Made by a program: the position numbers and the translations under genes. The notes below the pieces were generated by a model that saw only the letters and a list, made by a program, of their open reading frames with translations, was not told the origin of the DNA and did not search any database. From Candidatus Sulfotelmatobacter sp. (GTDB taxonomy: Bacteria; Acidobacteriota; Terriglobia; Terriglobales; Acidobacteriaceae): DNA of 51,220 nucleotides. Below, piece by piece: positions 7,995-15,946 of the stretch (within the stretch, counting starts at the first letter, position 1; the number at the start of each line of letters is the position of its first letter). Location: positions 1-51,220 of the forward strand of contig JBAPOI010000396.1 of assembly GCA_049279555.1 (NCBI GenBank), given 5' to 3'.

Positions 7995-8011
7995 TTTCCT
8001 TTGGAGTGGCA

Positions 8012-8383
8012 ATGCCGCGTGAGCGCACCTACTACGTGTACATCATGGCAAGTAAGAGCCGCGTGGTGTATGTCGGCGTTACAGGATTTCTTATGGCGCG
8101 GGTACTTCGGCATCGGGCTGGGGAGGGCGGACAGTTCACGCGGAAGTATCAAGTGCATCGACTAGTCTATTTTTCGTCGTTTCGAAATGTCGGCGACGCG
8201 ATCACGCGCGAGACCGAGATCAAGGGATGGCGGCGGGAGAAAAAAGTAGCATTGATTGAAGAGAGAAACCCGACTTGGGAAGACTTGGCGGAAGGATGGG
8301 GCGAGGCCGCCGTGATGACGGTGTCGAGGGCAGCAGATTCCTCACCGGGCTTGCGCCCGGTTCGGAATGACAAAGGCCTTTAG
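8012..8383 (+). CDS. GIY-YIG nuclease family protein (small COG2827/YhbQ-like)
   Basis: 'YYVYIMASKSRVVYVGVT...RHR...RETEIKGWRREKK' carries the GIY/YIG, Arg and Glu motifs. ATG at 8012 follows GGAG. The last ~15 codons read through the right-hand repeat. Confidence 0.8.
   Translation: MPRERTYYVYIMASKSRVVYVGVTGFLMARVLRHRAGEGGQFTRKYQVHRLVYFSSFRNVGDAITRETEIKGWRREKKVALIEERNPTWEDLAEGWGEAAVMTVSRAADSSPGLRPVRNDKGL
8333..8375 (+). repeat. REP-like palindromic element, right flank of the GIY-YIG gene (inverted relative to 7954-7994)
   Basis: GCAGATTCCTCACCGGGCttgcGCCCGGTTCGGAATGACAAAGG. Its reverse complement aligns with 7954-7994. Confidence 0.75.
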
Positions 8384-10173
8384 TGGCTTGCAACTGCAGG
8401 CGCGGGAACAGCGGCTGGCGTTAGGCTGGCTTTTACTGTCACGGCGGGTAATTCATCTCCGCGAAAATACTTTTCCTTCGCGGCCTTCATCTCTGGCATG
8501 GCTTCGTAGGGCTTCGAGTAGTCGTTAGCGGCGTTCCAGAACAAGAATCCAATGCCGCCTTTTTCTTTGGCGGTAGCGACTTGCACCTTGATGTATTCCG
8601 GGGAGTAAGTTTTTGTGCGCCAGTGGAAGGCTTGCAGCCACGGGCGAATTACCACGCCGCTGGACCTGTTTCCGTCCGGATGCGTGATCAGTTCGAAACG
8701 CTCCATGGATTCGCCGATGAAGTGCTCGGGCGCGTCGCCGGGGTGCGCGATGTTATCCATGCCGAAGAAGTGAGAGGGATAAATCATGGGCGAGAGCACG
8801 TCGCAATATTTCGCCATGCCCACGATGTCTTGTCCCGTGTGCGAGAGATCAACCGAGCGCTGCCAGGCCATCACGCCAAAAACGTCAAGCGAGAGCAGAA
8901 CGCCGGTGGGATGCAGTTCGCCGTAAGCCTTCTTCAAAAAGCCGGTGATGACGTCGGAGCGTTGCGGACCGGCGGGAGCGGCTTCGGGATGCTTCGCAGC
9001 GGCAACGTGCTTCGCGCCGTGATGCTTGGAATCTGGATGCTTCGGATCTGAGTTGCCGGGTGTCGGTTCAGCGTCGGCGGCGGCATCTGCCGTGATGGTT
9101 CCGCCTTGCTTCGCTTCGGCGGGACGGGCGAGAGCCTGCCCTGAGCTTGCCGAAGGGCGCCCGTCTCCACATGGTACATCGTTCTTCTCAGCGCAAGTGC
9201 CGGACTGAAACACGAACCCGGCATCTTTCTGGTCGCCTTCAGCAGGGAAGCGGACATAGTCGAACTGAATTTCGTCGGCGCCGGATTGGGCTACAAACTT
9301 GGCCAGCGCGATGTCATATTCCTGAACTTTGGGTTGCGAGGGATCGGTCCAGACCAGCTTGCCATTTTCGCGCCACGGCTGGCCGGTGCGCTTCGACTTC
9401 ACCGCGAGCTCGGGATGCTCGACCACCAGGCGCTCGTCGCGGAAGATGGCGATGCGGGCGATGGCGTGCATGTTCTCGGAATGCAGGAAGTGGACAAACT
9501 TCGGCAGGTCGTGAATGTAAACCTGGTGCTTGCCGAGCAGCGGGTGTTCGAAGGGAATGGTGACGCTGCCGTCGGAATCCTTGATATCGAAGACGACGGC
9601 ATTGCCGCCCACTTCGCGCCAGTGGCGGATGATGCGGAGTCCGTGATCGCTGGCGGCCATGATGCCGGTGAGGTAAATGGCGCGAACTTCAAAATCCCTG
9701 GCGATGGGAACGGTCTTTTCGACGATGGGCTCAGGCAAAATTCCGGGGATTGTAATCTGCTCGCCATTCTTGAGGATGTTGCCGGTACGATTTCCATTCA
9801 CTTTGCGAATGGCGTCGGCCAACTCAGAAGAAGTGAGATAGGAAGTCTGATGCAGAAATTGGCGCGCGACCGCTGGAATGCTTTCGCCGCGCTTCGCCGT
9901 GTAGATATCGGTCGGCCCGACGACTGAAGATTTAGCGGGCGGAATGTCGGCGGGCTTCACAGCTTCGGCGACGGTTGCGCTTGCCGGGTGGAGCTGCGCG
10001 GTATTTTTTGGCGCGGTCTGGGCTTGGGCTGCGAGAGCGGAAGACGGTCGCGGACTCAGGCGTAGCGCGGCTACGCCATACAGAAGGCAGGCTACTGCGA
10101 TGATGTTGAAAAGAGACGAGCGACGCACAAAATCCTCCAGGCAGAGCGACCTATTCCGGATGCTATCCCGCAC
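8380..10173 (-). CDS. Membrane-anchored LysM-like plus putative glycoside hydrolase (DUF4015-like) protein
   Basis: N-terminal TM segment. LysM-like 'YTAKRGESIPAVARQF...NGEQITIPG'. TIM-barrel-like 'AIYLTGIMAASDHG...NAVVFDIKDSDG...IQFDYVRFP'. Contains a His/Lys/Ala-rich low-complexity insert. Confidence 0.7.
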   Translation of the reverse strand: MRDSIRNRSLCLEDFVRRSSLFNIIAVACLLYGVAALRLSPRPSSALAAQAQTAPKNTAQLHPASATVAEAVKPADIPPAKSSVVGPTDIYTAKRGESIPAVARQFLHQTSYLTSSELADAIRKVNGNRTGNILKNGEQITIPGILPEPIVEKTVPIARDFEVRAIYLTGIMAASDHGLRIIRHWREVGGNAVVFDIKDSDGSVTIPFEHPLLGKHQVYIHDLPKFVHFLHSENMHAIARIAIFRDERLVVEHPELAVKSKRTGQPWRENGKLVWTDPSQPKVQEYDIALAKFVAQSGADEIQFDYVRFPAEGDQKDAGFVFQSGTCAEKNDVPCGDGRPSASSGQALARPAEAKQGGTITADAAADAEPTPGNSDPKHPDSKHHGAKHVAAAKHPEAAPAGPQRSDVITGFLKKAYGELHPTGVLLSLDVFGVMAWQRSVDLSHTGQDIVGMAKYCDVLSPMIYPSHFFGMDNIAHPGDAPEHFIGESMERFELITHPDGNRSSGVVIRPWLQAFHWRTKTYSPEYIKVQVATAKEKGGIGFLFWNAANDYSKPYEAMPEMKAAKEKYFRGDELPAVTVKASLTPAAVPAPAVASH

Positions 10174-10653
10174 CTACCCGCCCCGCCTAGTTACTCCCGG
10201 TCATCTCCCCCCTGTCCATGTCCGCCAACCATTGCGGCGACTGAGTCAGAAATGTGGTTCGCATACGGGGGTCCGCGGTTCATTAGAACCAAGGCATGGC
10301 CAGGGCTCGTCTGGCGGCCATCGACAGCGACTCGGTACATGCCCTCCATCCGTGCGCAAACAATTTCTCTTCCTCACTCTTAACTTTCCACCGGGTTCTG
10401 TTCTAATATCGTCGCCTGTCCCCTAACTCCTGTCGATGCAGGGTTTTCGCTTTGCCGTACCCGGGTCGATTCCGTGGCCAGAAGCTTGCTTATTCCCATA
10501 CACCACGGACGCTACATCGGCTCTGGCGAATGCAGGTTCTGGCTGACAAATTTTGTCACCTGCGGGATGTGGCAGCCAAGATGAGAGTCCGGGGAAACGC
10601 AGACAATAGGGCGCAGGATGCGACCCGGGAACAGGAAAGCGGAACGCCACTTT

Positions 10654-11817
10654 ATGAGAACAAACCTCGCTACCGTACTCGACCCGAACCGCCGCAGCAG
10701 CGATGCTGGGGAGTTTGAAGCCGCGCTGCGCCGCCGAATTGTGGGCCAGGACCAGGCGGTGGAAAAGGTCGCAGAGATTTACCAGATGTTCCTGGCTGGG
10801 CTGAACGCTCCGGGACGCCCAGTCGGCAACCTGCTGTTTCTGGGGCCGACCGGTTCCGGAAAAACCCGCGTGGTGGAAGCCATGGCGGAGTCGCTCTTCG
10901 GCGATGCGCGCGCCTGCATCAAGATCGATTGCGCCGAGTTTCAGCACTCGCATGAAATTGCCAAGCTGATTGGTTCGCCTCCGGGATACCTCGGACATCG
11001 AGAGACTCATCCGCTGTTGACGCAGGAAGCGTTGAACCAGTGGTTCACCGAGAAGCTGAAGCTCTCGATTCTTCTCTTCGACGAAATCGAAAAAGCTTCG
11101 GACTCGCTCTGGCAGCTGCTGCTCGGCATTCTCGACAAGGCGACCCTGACACTGGGCGACAACCGCCGTGTCGATCTTTCGCAGTGCATCATCATCCTGA
11201 CTTCGAACTTGGGTGCCAGCGAGATGACTAATCTGGTGGATGGCGGCTTCGGCTTCGCTCCCAAGGCAGTGGAAGTCGATAATAATTTCGACGACAAGAT
11301 TCAGCGCACCGCGGTGGAAGCGGCGCGGCGCAAATTTACGCCGGAGTTTATGAACCGCATCGATAAGACTGTGGTCTTCAAGACTCTGCGCGACGAGCAT
11401 CTGTCGCAGATTCTCGAAATCGAACTTGGCATGGTGCAGCAGCGGGTTTTGATGGCCGCGGGAACGAACCAGTTTGTGTTCAATTGCACCACGGCTGCGA
11501 AACAGTTCCTGCTGAAAGAAGGCACTGACCCGCGTTACGGCGCGCGTCACCTAAAGCGTGCGATCGAACGGCATCTCGTGTTCCCGCTGGCGAACCTGGT
11601 GGCAACTGCGCAGGTGAAACTTGGCGACTTTGTGCGCGTGGATATGGCTTCCGAAAATCAGATGATTTTTGTGAAGGAAGCGGAAAATACTATGGCCCCG
11701 GTTCTGCTGGAACGTTACGGAGCCGCTGCCGCGAACATGCCCGCTGCCCGCGCGGCACGCACCGCAGCCAACAACCGCCGCGATCTTGGGGCCAGCCCCA
11801 CCGCGGAGAGCAAATAA
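10654..11817 (+). CDS. Stand-alone AAA+ ATPase resembling the ClpA/ClpB D2 module
   Basis: 'IVGQDQAV...LLFLGPTGSGKT' (Walker A), 'ILLFDEIEKA' (Walker B) and 'GARHLKRAIE' (sensor 2/D2-small). There is no N-domain, D1 or middle domain. ATG at 10654. Confidence 0.85.
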   Translation: MRTNLATVLDPNRRSSDAGEFEAALRRRIVGQDQAVEKVAEIYQMFLAGLNAPGRPVGNLLFLGPTGSGKTRVVEAMAESLFGDARACIKIDCAEFQHSHEIAKLIGSPPGYLGHRETHPLLTQEALNQWFTEKLKLSILLFDEIEKASDSLWQLLLGILDKATLTLGDNRRVDLSQCIIILTSNLGASEMTNLVDGGFGFAPKAVEVDNNFDDKIQRTAVEAARRKFTPEFMNRIDKTVVFKTLRDEHLSQILEIELGMVQQRVLMAAGTNQFVFNCTTAAKQFLLKEGTDPRYGARHLKRAIERHLVFPLANLVATAQVKLGDFVRVDMASENQMIFVKEAENTMAPVLLERYGAAAANMPAARAARTAANNRRDLGASPTAESK

Positions 11818-11868
11818 CTTTTCTCGAATTCAACGAACTCGCTTGAACGCATCTTGCGAGCCTCTCGT

Positions 11869-11898
11869 GGCGCCGGTACCCTCCGGCGCCATTTTTCT
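11869..11898 (+). terminator. Rho-independent terminator after the AAA+ gene
   Basis: GGCGCCGGtaccctCCGGCGCC followed by ATTTTTCTT. Confidence 0.6.
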
Positions 11899-12146
11899 TC
11901 AGGCAACTTTCTAAGACACCCTGGCCACAGTTACCTGCCTGCGACCGTGGCTACGCTCTTCCGAGCAACTCATATGTACGTGACCGCTCTTATGTATATG
12001 TGAAATCGGACAGACGCGAAGCCATTTGATTTCGTAGCATTATGGCATCGAGAACGTCAGTTGCCCATCGGCTGGATGTGCCCCGGAAAAGGCGGCCAGT
12101 TTCTTGTGTGACGGATGATTCAAGAAGTTTTTTAGCGGAGTCTCTC

Positions 12147-12341
12147 ATGCGCCTCATTATTCCTGCGACTGTGCGCCGGATGAGATTTTATCCGAGACCT
12201 GTTCTGCCCACTTGCCCCATTTGCAACGAAGCGGTGGAGCTTGAAACGAGCAAGACCGATGAGTATGGATGCGCAATTCACGAAGAATGCTATTTGCGGA
12301 AAGTTCTGCCTAGAGCGGCGGCCAAGACAAAATCAGCGTGA
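12147..12341 (+). CDS. Small Cys-containing hypothetical protein (possible zinc-binding)
   Basis: ATG at 12147 follows GGAG. Contains 'CPICNEAVELETSKTDEYGCAIHEECY'. Family not identified. Confidence 0.4.
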   Translation: MRLIIPATVRRMRFYPRPVLPTCPICNEAVELETSKTDEYGCAIHEECYLRKVLPRAAAKTKSA

Positions 12342-12538
12342 GCTCGAAGCCTCAGTTCGACCAAACCAAGCCCTCACGTCGCTTCAGCGATCGTGAATCT
12401 AGTGTACGGGGACCCACGGCTGCAGAAGATGATCTGCAAGCTTCCTTCTGGAATCGAGTCGCAGATCTCTGGCCTTATCTACTGATTGCCATTTCGCTCG
12501 TTGGGCTGGCTTATAGATTTTGGATGGGCTCCCGTTAA
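12338..12538 (+). CDS. Small hypothetical membrane protein
   Basis: GTG start overlaps the preceding stop (GTGA). C-terminal TM segment 'LWPYLLIAISLVGLAYRFW'. Confidence 0.3.
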   Translation: MSSKPQFDQTKPSRRFSDRESSVRGPTAAEDDLQASFWNRVADLWPYLLIAISLVGLAYRFWMGSR

Positions 12539-12552
12539 ACAGATGGCCGGAT

Positions 12553-12765
12553 TCAATCCATCGACGATGTTCTCTCATTTCTTCCGCGGATATTTCCCGT
12601 TCCTGTGTTCCGCCACGAATTGTCGATTCGATGGGTAAGGCGGCGTTCGTTAGCTTCCAGCAGAGTGTTGAGTTCCTGAATGAGATATGTGAACTTGTTG
12701 GGATCTTGCTCTTTGGCAATTCGCTCGCACAGAATGGCCATCAGCTCTCTCTCATCGGGGGTCAC
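12553..12765 (-). CDS. Small helical hypothetical protein
   Basis: 'MTPDERELMAILCERIAKEQDPNKFTYLIQELNTLLEANERRL' has protein-like helical periodicity. The overlapping plus-strand ORF looks like a shadow. Confidence 0.5.
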   Translation of the reverse strand: MTPDERELMAILCERIAKEQDPNKFTYLIQELNTLLEANERRLTHRIDNSWRNTGTGNIRGRNERTSSMD

Positions 12766-13023
12766 GGTTGCGCTCCTTTTTTGGTCTTCTTTGACCTAGG
12801 GGCCTAGCCATAGATGGGGGCCCTAAGGGGAGGTTTCGCCAAAAGTATAGGAAGATAGATTTGCCTCGGTCTGCACGCTACCGCACACTGTGTCTCAATC
12901 GTTCCCGCAATGGGAATTCCTAGGCGACCTAGTTCAAACGGCTTGGTTTCGGGCAGCACGGCTGAAGCCATGACTTTCCCCGAAACGATTGATGAGATAG
13001 ACAGCTTCCAGAAAATGCAGGGC

Positions 13024-13566
13024 TCAGTGCTTGCGGAAGATTTCGAAAACCAGGTTGAAGACTTGTACCAGCGTTACTCCGATGGCGACGTAAACGGCGA
13101 TCTCCAGCCGGCGCGCAGCCTCCTGGCTGCCACGGAGCAAATCAGCAATGTCGATCGTCGCCTGGTGCAAAGTGTCAGCCAGTTGCTCGAAGTGTTGCAC
13201 CGACGCCCGCATTTTCTCCGAAGTCCGCGATAGGGCCAGCGACGCTTCGCCGAGTTGCTGTCCATTGCGCAGGTCGAGCTCGGCGCGGCATGCCGCCCAC
13301 CAGGGGCTGCCGGGCTCTTTGTCGTACATGCGCTGGCGGATCTCCGCATAGGAACGGTTCCGCAACAAGTCGACAAGCGCTGGCACTTGTTGGCCGGAGC
13401 CCTGCGATTCCTCGCTGGCTTGAGTCTCCACAGTTCGTGGATTGTTAGCTCTCTTGTCGCTCGTTCTGGCATCGTCGATGAAAACCGGCATGCAGACGAG
13501 TCTAGCCGCCAACGCATACCGACAAAAATATCGGAAGTGCACCTTAGAATTTTTCGCTGGGTCCAT
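13024..13566 (-). CDS. Hypothetical protein with C-terminal TM helix
   Basis: Coiled-coil-like middle and 'IAVYVAIGVTLVQVFNLVFEIF' tail. It competes with plus-strand ORF 12910-13233. Codon-position GC did not discriminate between them in my hand check. Confidence 0.35.
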   Translation of the reverse strand: MDPAKNSKVHFRYFCRYALAARLVCMPVFIDDARTSDKRANNPRTVETQASEESQGSGQQVPALVDLLRNRSYAEIRQRMYDKEPGSPWWAACRAELDLRNGQQLGEASLALSRTSEKMRASVQHFEQLADTLHQATIDIADLLRGSQEAARRLEIAVYVAIGVTLVQVFNLVFEIFRKH

Positions 13567-13717
13567 TTTGTGCGATGGGTAATGAACGTTACCCCTGACC
13601 TTTCAGCCATGCTGTCCGTCGGTCTTTCGTTCGAAAACCCGTGGACCCGGTTACTCATCCGAATACTTACCATTGTGCAGCAGTCGATTTACAATCGGTC
13701 GCAATTGGTGAACCGAA

Positions 13718-14236
13718 ATGCATGAACACGACGAACTTGTCCGGGAGTTTCAGGACTTCGCTAAGACCGCTGCCACGGCTCAGCTCGTGATGGAGCGCAT
13801 CTGCCAGCGTCTGCACGAGAAGATGACGCGTTACAACTGGGTAGGTTTTTACCTGGTCGATCCGGCGGACCCCGCAGTTCTGCTGGTTGGACCCTTCGTC
13901 GGCAGCTTCACGCCCAACACCCGCATTCCCATCAGCACGGGGCTTTGCGGCGCTGCAGCCAGCAGCGGGCGTTCGGTGGTGGTGCAGGATGTCTCAAAGG
14001 ATTCGCGTTATCTTGCCGGATCGGCCTTGGTGAAGTCTGAAATCGTGGTCCCCATCCTCGTGAAAAACAAGCTCGAGGCTGAGTTCGATATCGAGAGCTA
14101 TTTTGAAGGGACCTTCACCAAACCCGAACAGGACTTTGTCGAAGCCTGCGCGCGTGTCGCTGGAGAGTACCTGGGCAAACACCAGGCTACGAACTTACCG
14201 ATCGAAAAAGGACGGGCGAAAGTACAAAACGCTTAG
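13718..14236 (+). CDS. GAF domain protein (free methionine-R-sulfoxide reductase-like)
   Basis: 'YNWVGFYLVDP...LLVGPFVG...IPISTGLCGAAASSGRSVVVQDV...SEIVVPI' matches the fRMsr/YebR-type GAF pattern. Confidence 0.8.
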   Translation: MHEHDELVREFQDFAKTAATAQLVMERICQRLHEKMTRYNWVGFYLVDPADPAVLLVGPFVGSFTPNTRIPISTGLCGAAASSGRSVVVQDVSKDSRYLAGSALVKSEIVVPILVKNKLEAEFDIESYFEGTFTKPEQDFVEACARVAGEYLGKHQATNLPIEKGRAKVQNA

Positions 14237-14718
14237 CGCTTTCCCGGCGCGGAGTGAAAGGGATCGTCCTGTGGCGTATCTGAACCATCCTCCGGACTTG
14301 GGATGTCCAGATTAACCACGATCGGCTCCTGCCCACTGCGTACGATCACCGCTTCGACCGGCTGATCTTTTCTGGCGTTGAGTTCCTGATGCGGAACATA
14401 GGGAGGGACGTAGACGAAGTCTCCGGGACCGGCTTCATCGACGAACTCCAGATTATTTCCCCAGCGAAAGCGGGCGCGGCCGCGCACGACATAGATCACA
14501 GTTTCGAGTTCTCCGTGATGATGCGGGCCGGTCTTGGCATTGGGATGAACCACGACCGTTCCCGCCCAGAGTTTTTGCGCGCCAACTTTGGCATGCGAGA
14601 TAGCCTCGGCACGGGTCATCCCCGGGGTTTGCGCAGTATTGCTATCCAGTTCGCCGCTGCGAATGATGCGCAGGCCGTGCAGCTTCCAGTCGGGAGTTTC
14701 ATCGTGCCCAGCGCTCAT
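14233..14718 (-). CDS. Cupin domain protein
   Basis: 'GPHHHGELETVIYVVRGRARFRWG...GDFVYVPPYVPHQE' contains the two cupin motifs. Confidence 0.8.
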   Translation of the reverse strand: MSAGHDETPDWKLHGLRIIRSGELDSNTAQTPGMTRAEAISHAKVGAQKLWAGTVVVHPNAKTGPHHHGELETVIYVVRGRARFRWGNNLEFVDEAGPGDFVYVPPYVPHQELNARKDQPVEAVIVRSGQEPIVVNLDIPSPEDGSDTPQDDPFHSAPGKR

Positions 14719-14753
14719 TATCTCGAACCGTTCGTGGTCTGACTTTCAGTGCG

Positions 14754-15035
14754 CTTGTCATTCTAAACGAATGCTGTCGCGTGCAGAAGCATTGGCGGAG
14801 TCAAAGCAGGTTCCCGTTCGACTCCTTCGCTACGCTCGGTCGCTCAGGGCAGGCTCTCCTGTCTCGCTTCGCTCGCGCGTCGGAATGACAAGTATTTTGG
14901 CACCTCGGCCCGGGTCGAACCGATGGTCCTGCTCGCAACTGGGCTGACGATAGGGATCCCTTCGGCAGGCTCAGGGCAGGCTCTTGGACTGCACGCGCCG
15001 TTCGCTCTACTCCGCCGCGCTTCGCTCAGGATGGC
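14754..15035. repeat. Cluster of three or four REP-like units filling the cupin-mglA spacer
   Basis: 14754-14797: TTGTCATTCTAAACGAATGC... (inverted unit). 14808-14892: ...CGCTCAGGGCAGGCT...CGGAATGACAAG. 14952-15035: AGGGATCCCTTCGGCAGGCTCAGGGCAGGCT...CGCTCAGGATGGC. Confidence 0.65.
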
Positions 15036-15099
15036 TATTGTGGAAAGTGGATAGGGATTTCTGGCACGCTGAAGCCGCGCCCTTTCAAGACTTACTAAA

Positions 15100-15687
15100 C
15101 TATCCGCCAGCTTTCAGCTCGGTGAGCACCTGCTTGGCGATTTCCTTCAAAGTTTCAAAAACGCCCGAGCCTTGAAAAGCTACGGCCTCGACCACGGCTT
15201 CATTCTTCTTGCGCAGCTCTTTGCTCAGCGCTTCCGCCGATAAGATGTTGGGCAGGTCGCGCTTATTCAACTGCAGGACGTAGGGAATTTTATTGAAGTC
15301 GTAGCCGTGCTCTTTCAGGTTTGACATCAGGTTGTCGAGCGCTTCGACGTTGGCGTCCATGCGCTGTTCCTGAGAGTCTGCAACGAAAACGATGCCATCG
15401 ACGCCGCGCAAAATCAGCTTTCGGCTGGCATCATAGAAAACCTGGCCGGGGACGGTATAGAGATGGATGCGGGTCTTGAAGCCGCGAACCGAACCCAAGT
15501 CGAGCGGCAGAAAATCGAAGAACAAAGTGCGTTCGGTTTCGGTGGCCAGCGAGATCATCTTGCCCTTTTGCTGTTCGGCGGTTTTCTGGTAGATCACCTG
15601 CAGATTGGTGGTCTTGCCGCCCAACCCGGCGCCGTAGTACACGATCTTGCAGTTGATCTCGCGGGCTGCGAAGTTGATGAAACTCAA
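15100..15687 (-). CDS. mglA: Ras-like small GTPase MglA
   Basis: '[28 protein letters not shown]...[10 protein letters not shown]...LNKRDL' closely matches MglA. TTG at 15687 follows GAGGAAAG and gives the canonical MSFIN... N-terminus. Confidence 0.9.
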   Translation of the reverse strand: MSFINFAAREINCKIVYYGAGLGGKTTNLQVIYQKTAEQQKGKMISLATETERTLFFDFLPLDLGSVRGFKTRIHLYTVPGQVFYDASRKLILRGVDGIVFVADSQEQRMDANVEALDNLMSNLKEHGYDFNKIPYVLQLNKRDLPNILSAEALSKELRKKNEAVVEAVAFQGSGVFETLKEIAKQVLTELKAGG

Positions 15688-15847
15688 GACTTTCCTCAAT
15701 AGCGCGAGCCACAGCTCAACGGCCGCTTCCGCGCAAAAATGTCCCTATGGGGGCTTCGGGCTTTTATATCACACGCGCCGGATGCAAGGCAGGTTACTCC
15801 GGTGACCCCCTGTGCCAAACGGGCCGGAAGCGGGCTGAGAAGCGAGA

Positions 15848-15945
15848 ATTTCTGATTTTTGATTGCTGATTGAAAACCAAGAACAAACCACGACCTCTCC
15901 GTTCCCAGGCCTTTCAATCAGAAATCTACAATGAGCAATCAACAA
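15848..15945. repeat. AT-rich 'TGATTGCTGATTG / CAATCAGAAATC' inverted-repeat element (family C), copy 1
   Basis: atttctgatttttgattgctgattgaaa ... tttcaatcagaaatctacaatgagcaatcaacaa. Related to 36265-36348 and 43157-43246. Confidence 0.65.
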
Positions 15946-15946
15946 T

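Noticed and set aside
10423-11550. 375-aa minus-strand ORF
   Set aside because: It is antisense to the Clp-D2-like AAA+ gene, whose Walker A/B and sensor motifs identify the plus strand as coding.
12910-13233. 107-aa plus-strand ORF overlapping the 3' end of 13024-13566
   Set aside because: It competes with the longer minus-strand ORF, which has a plausible C-terminal TM helix. My codon-position GC check over 60 nt did not separate the two, so this rejection is tentative.
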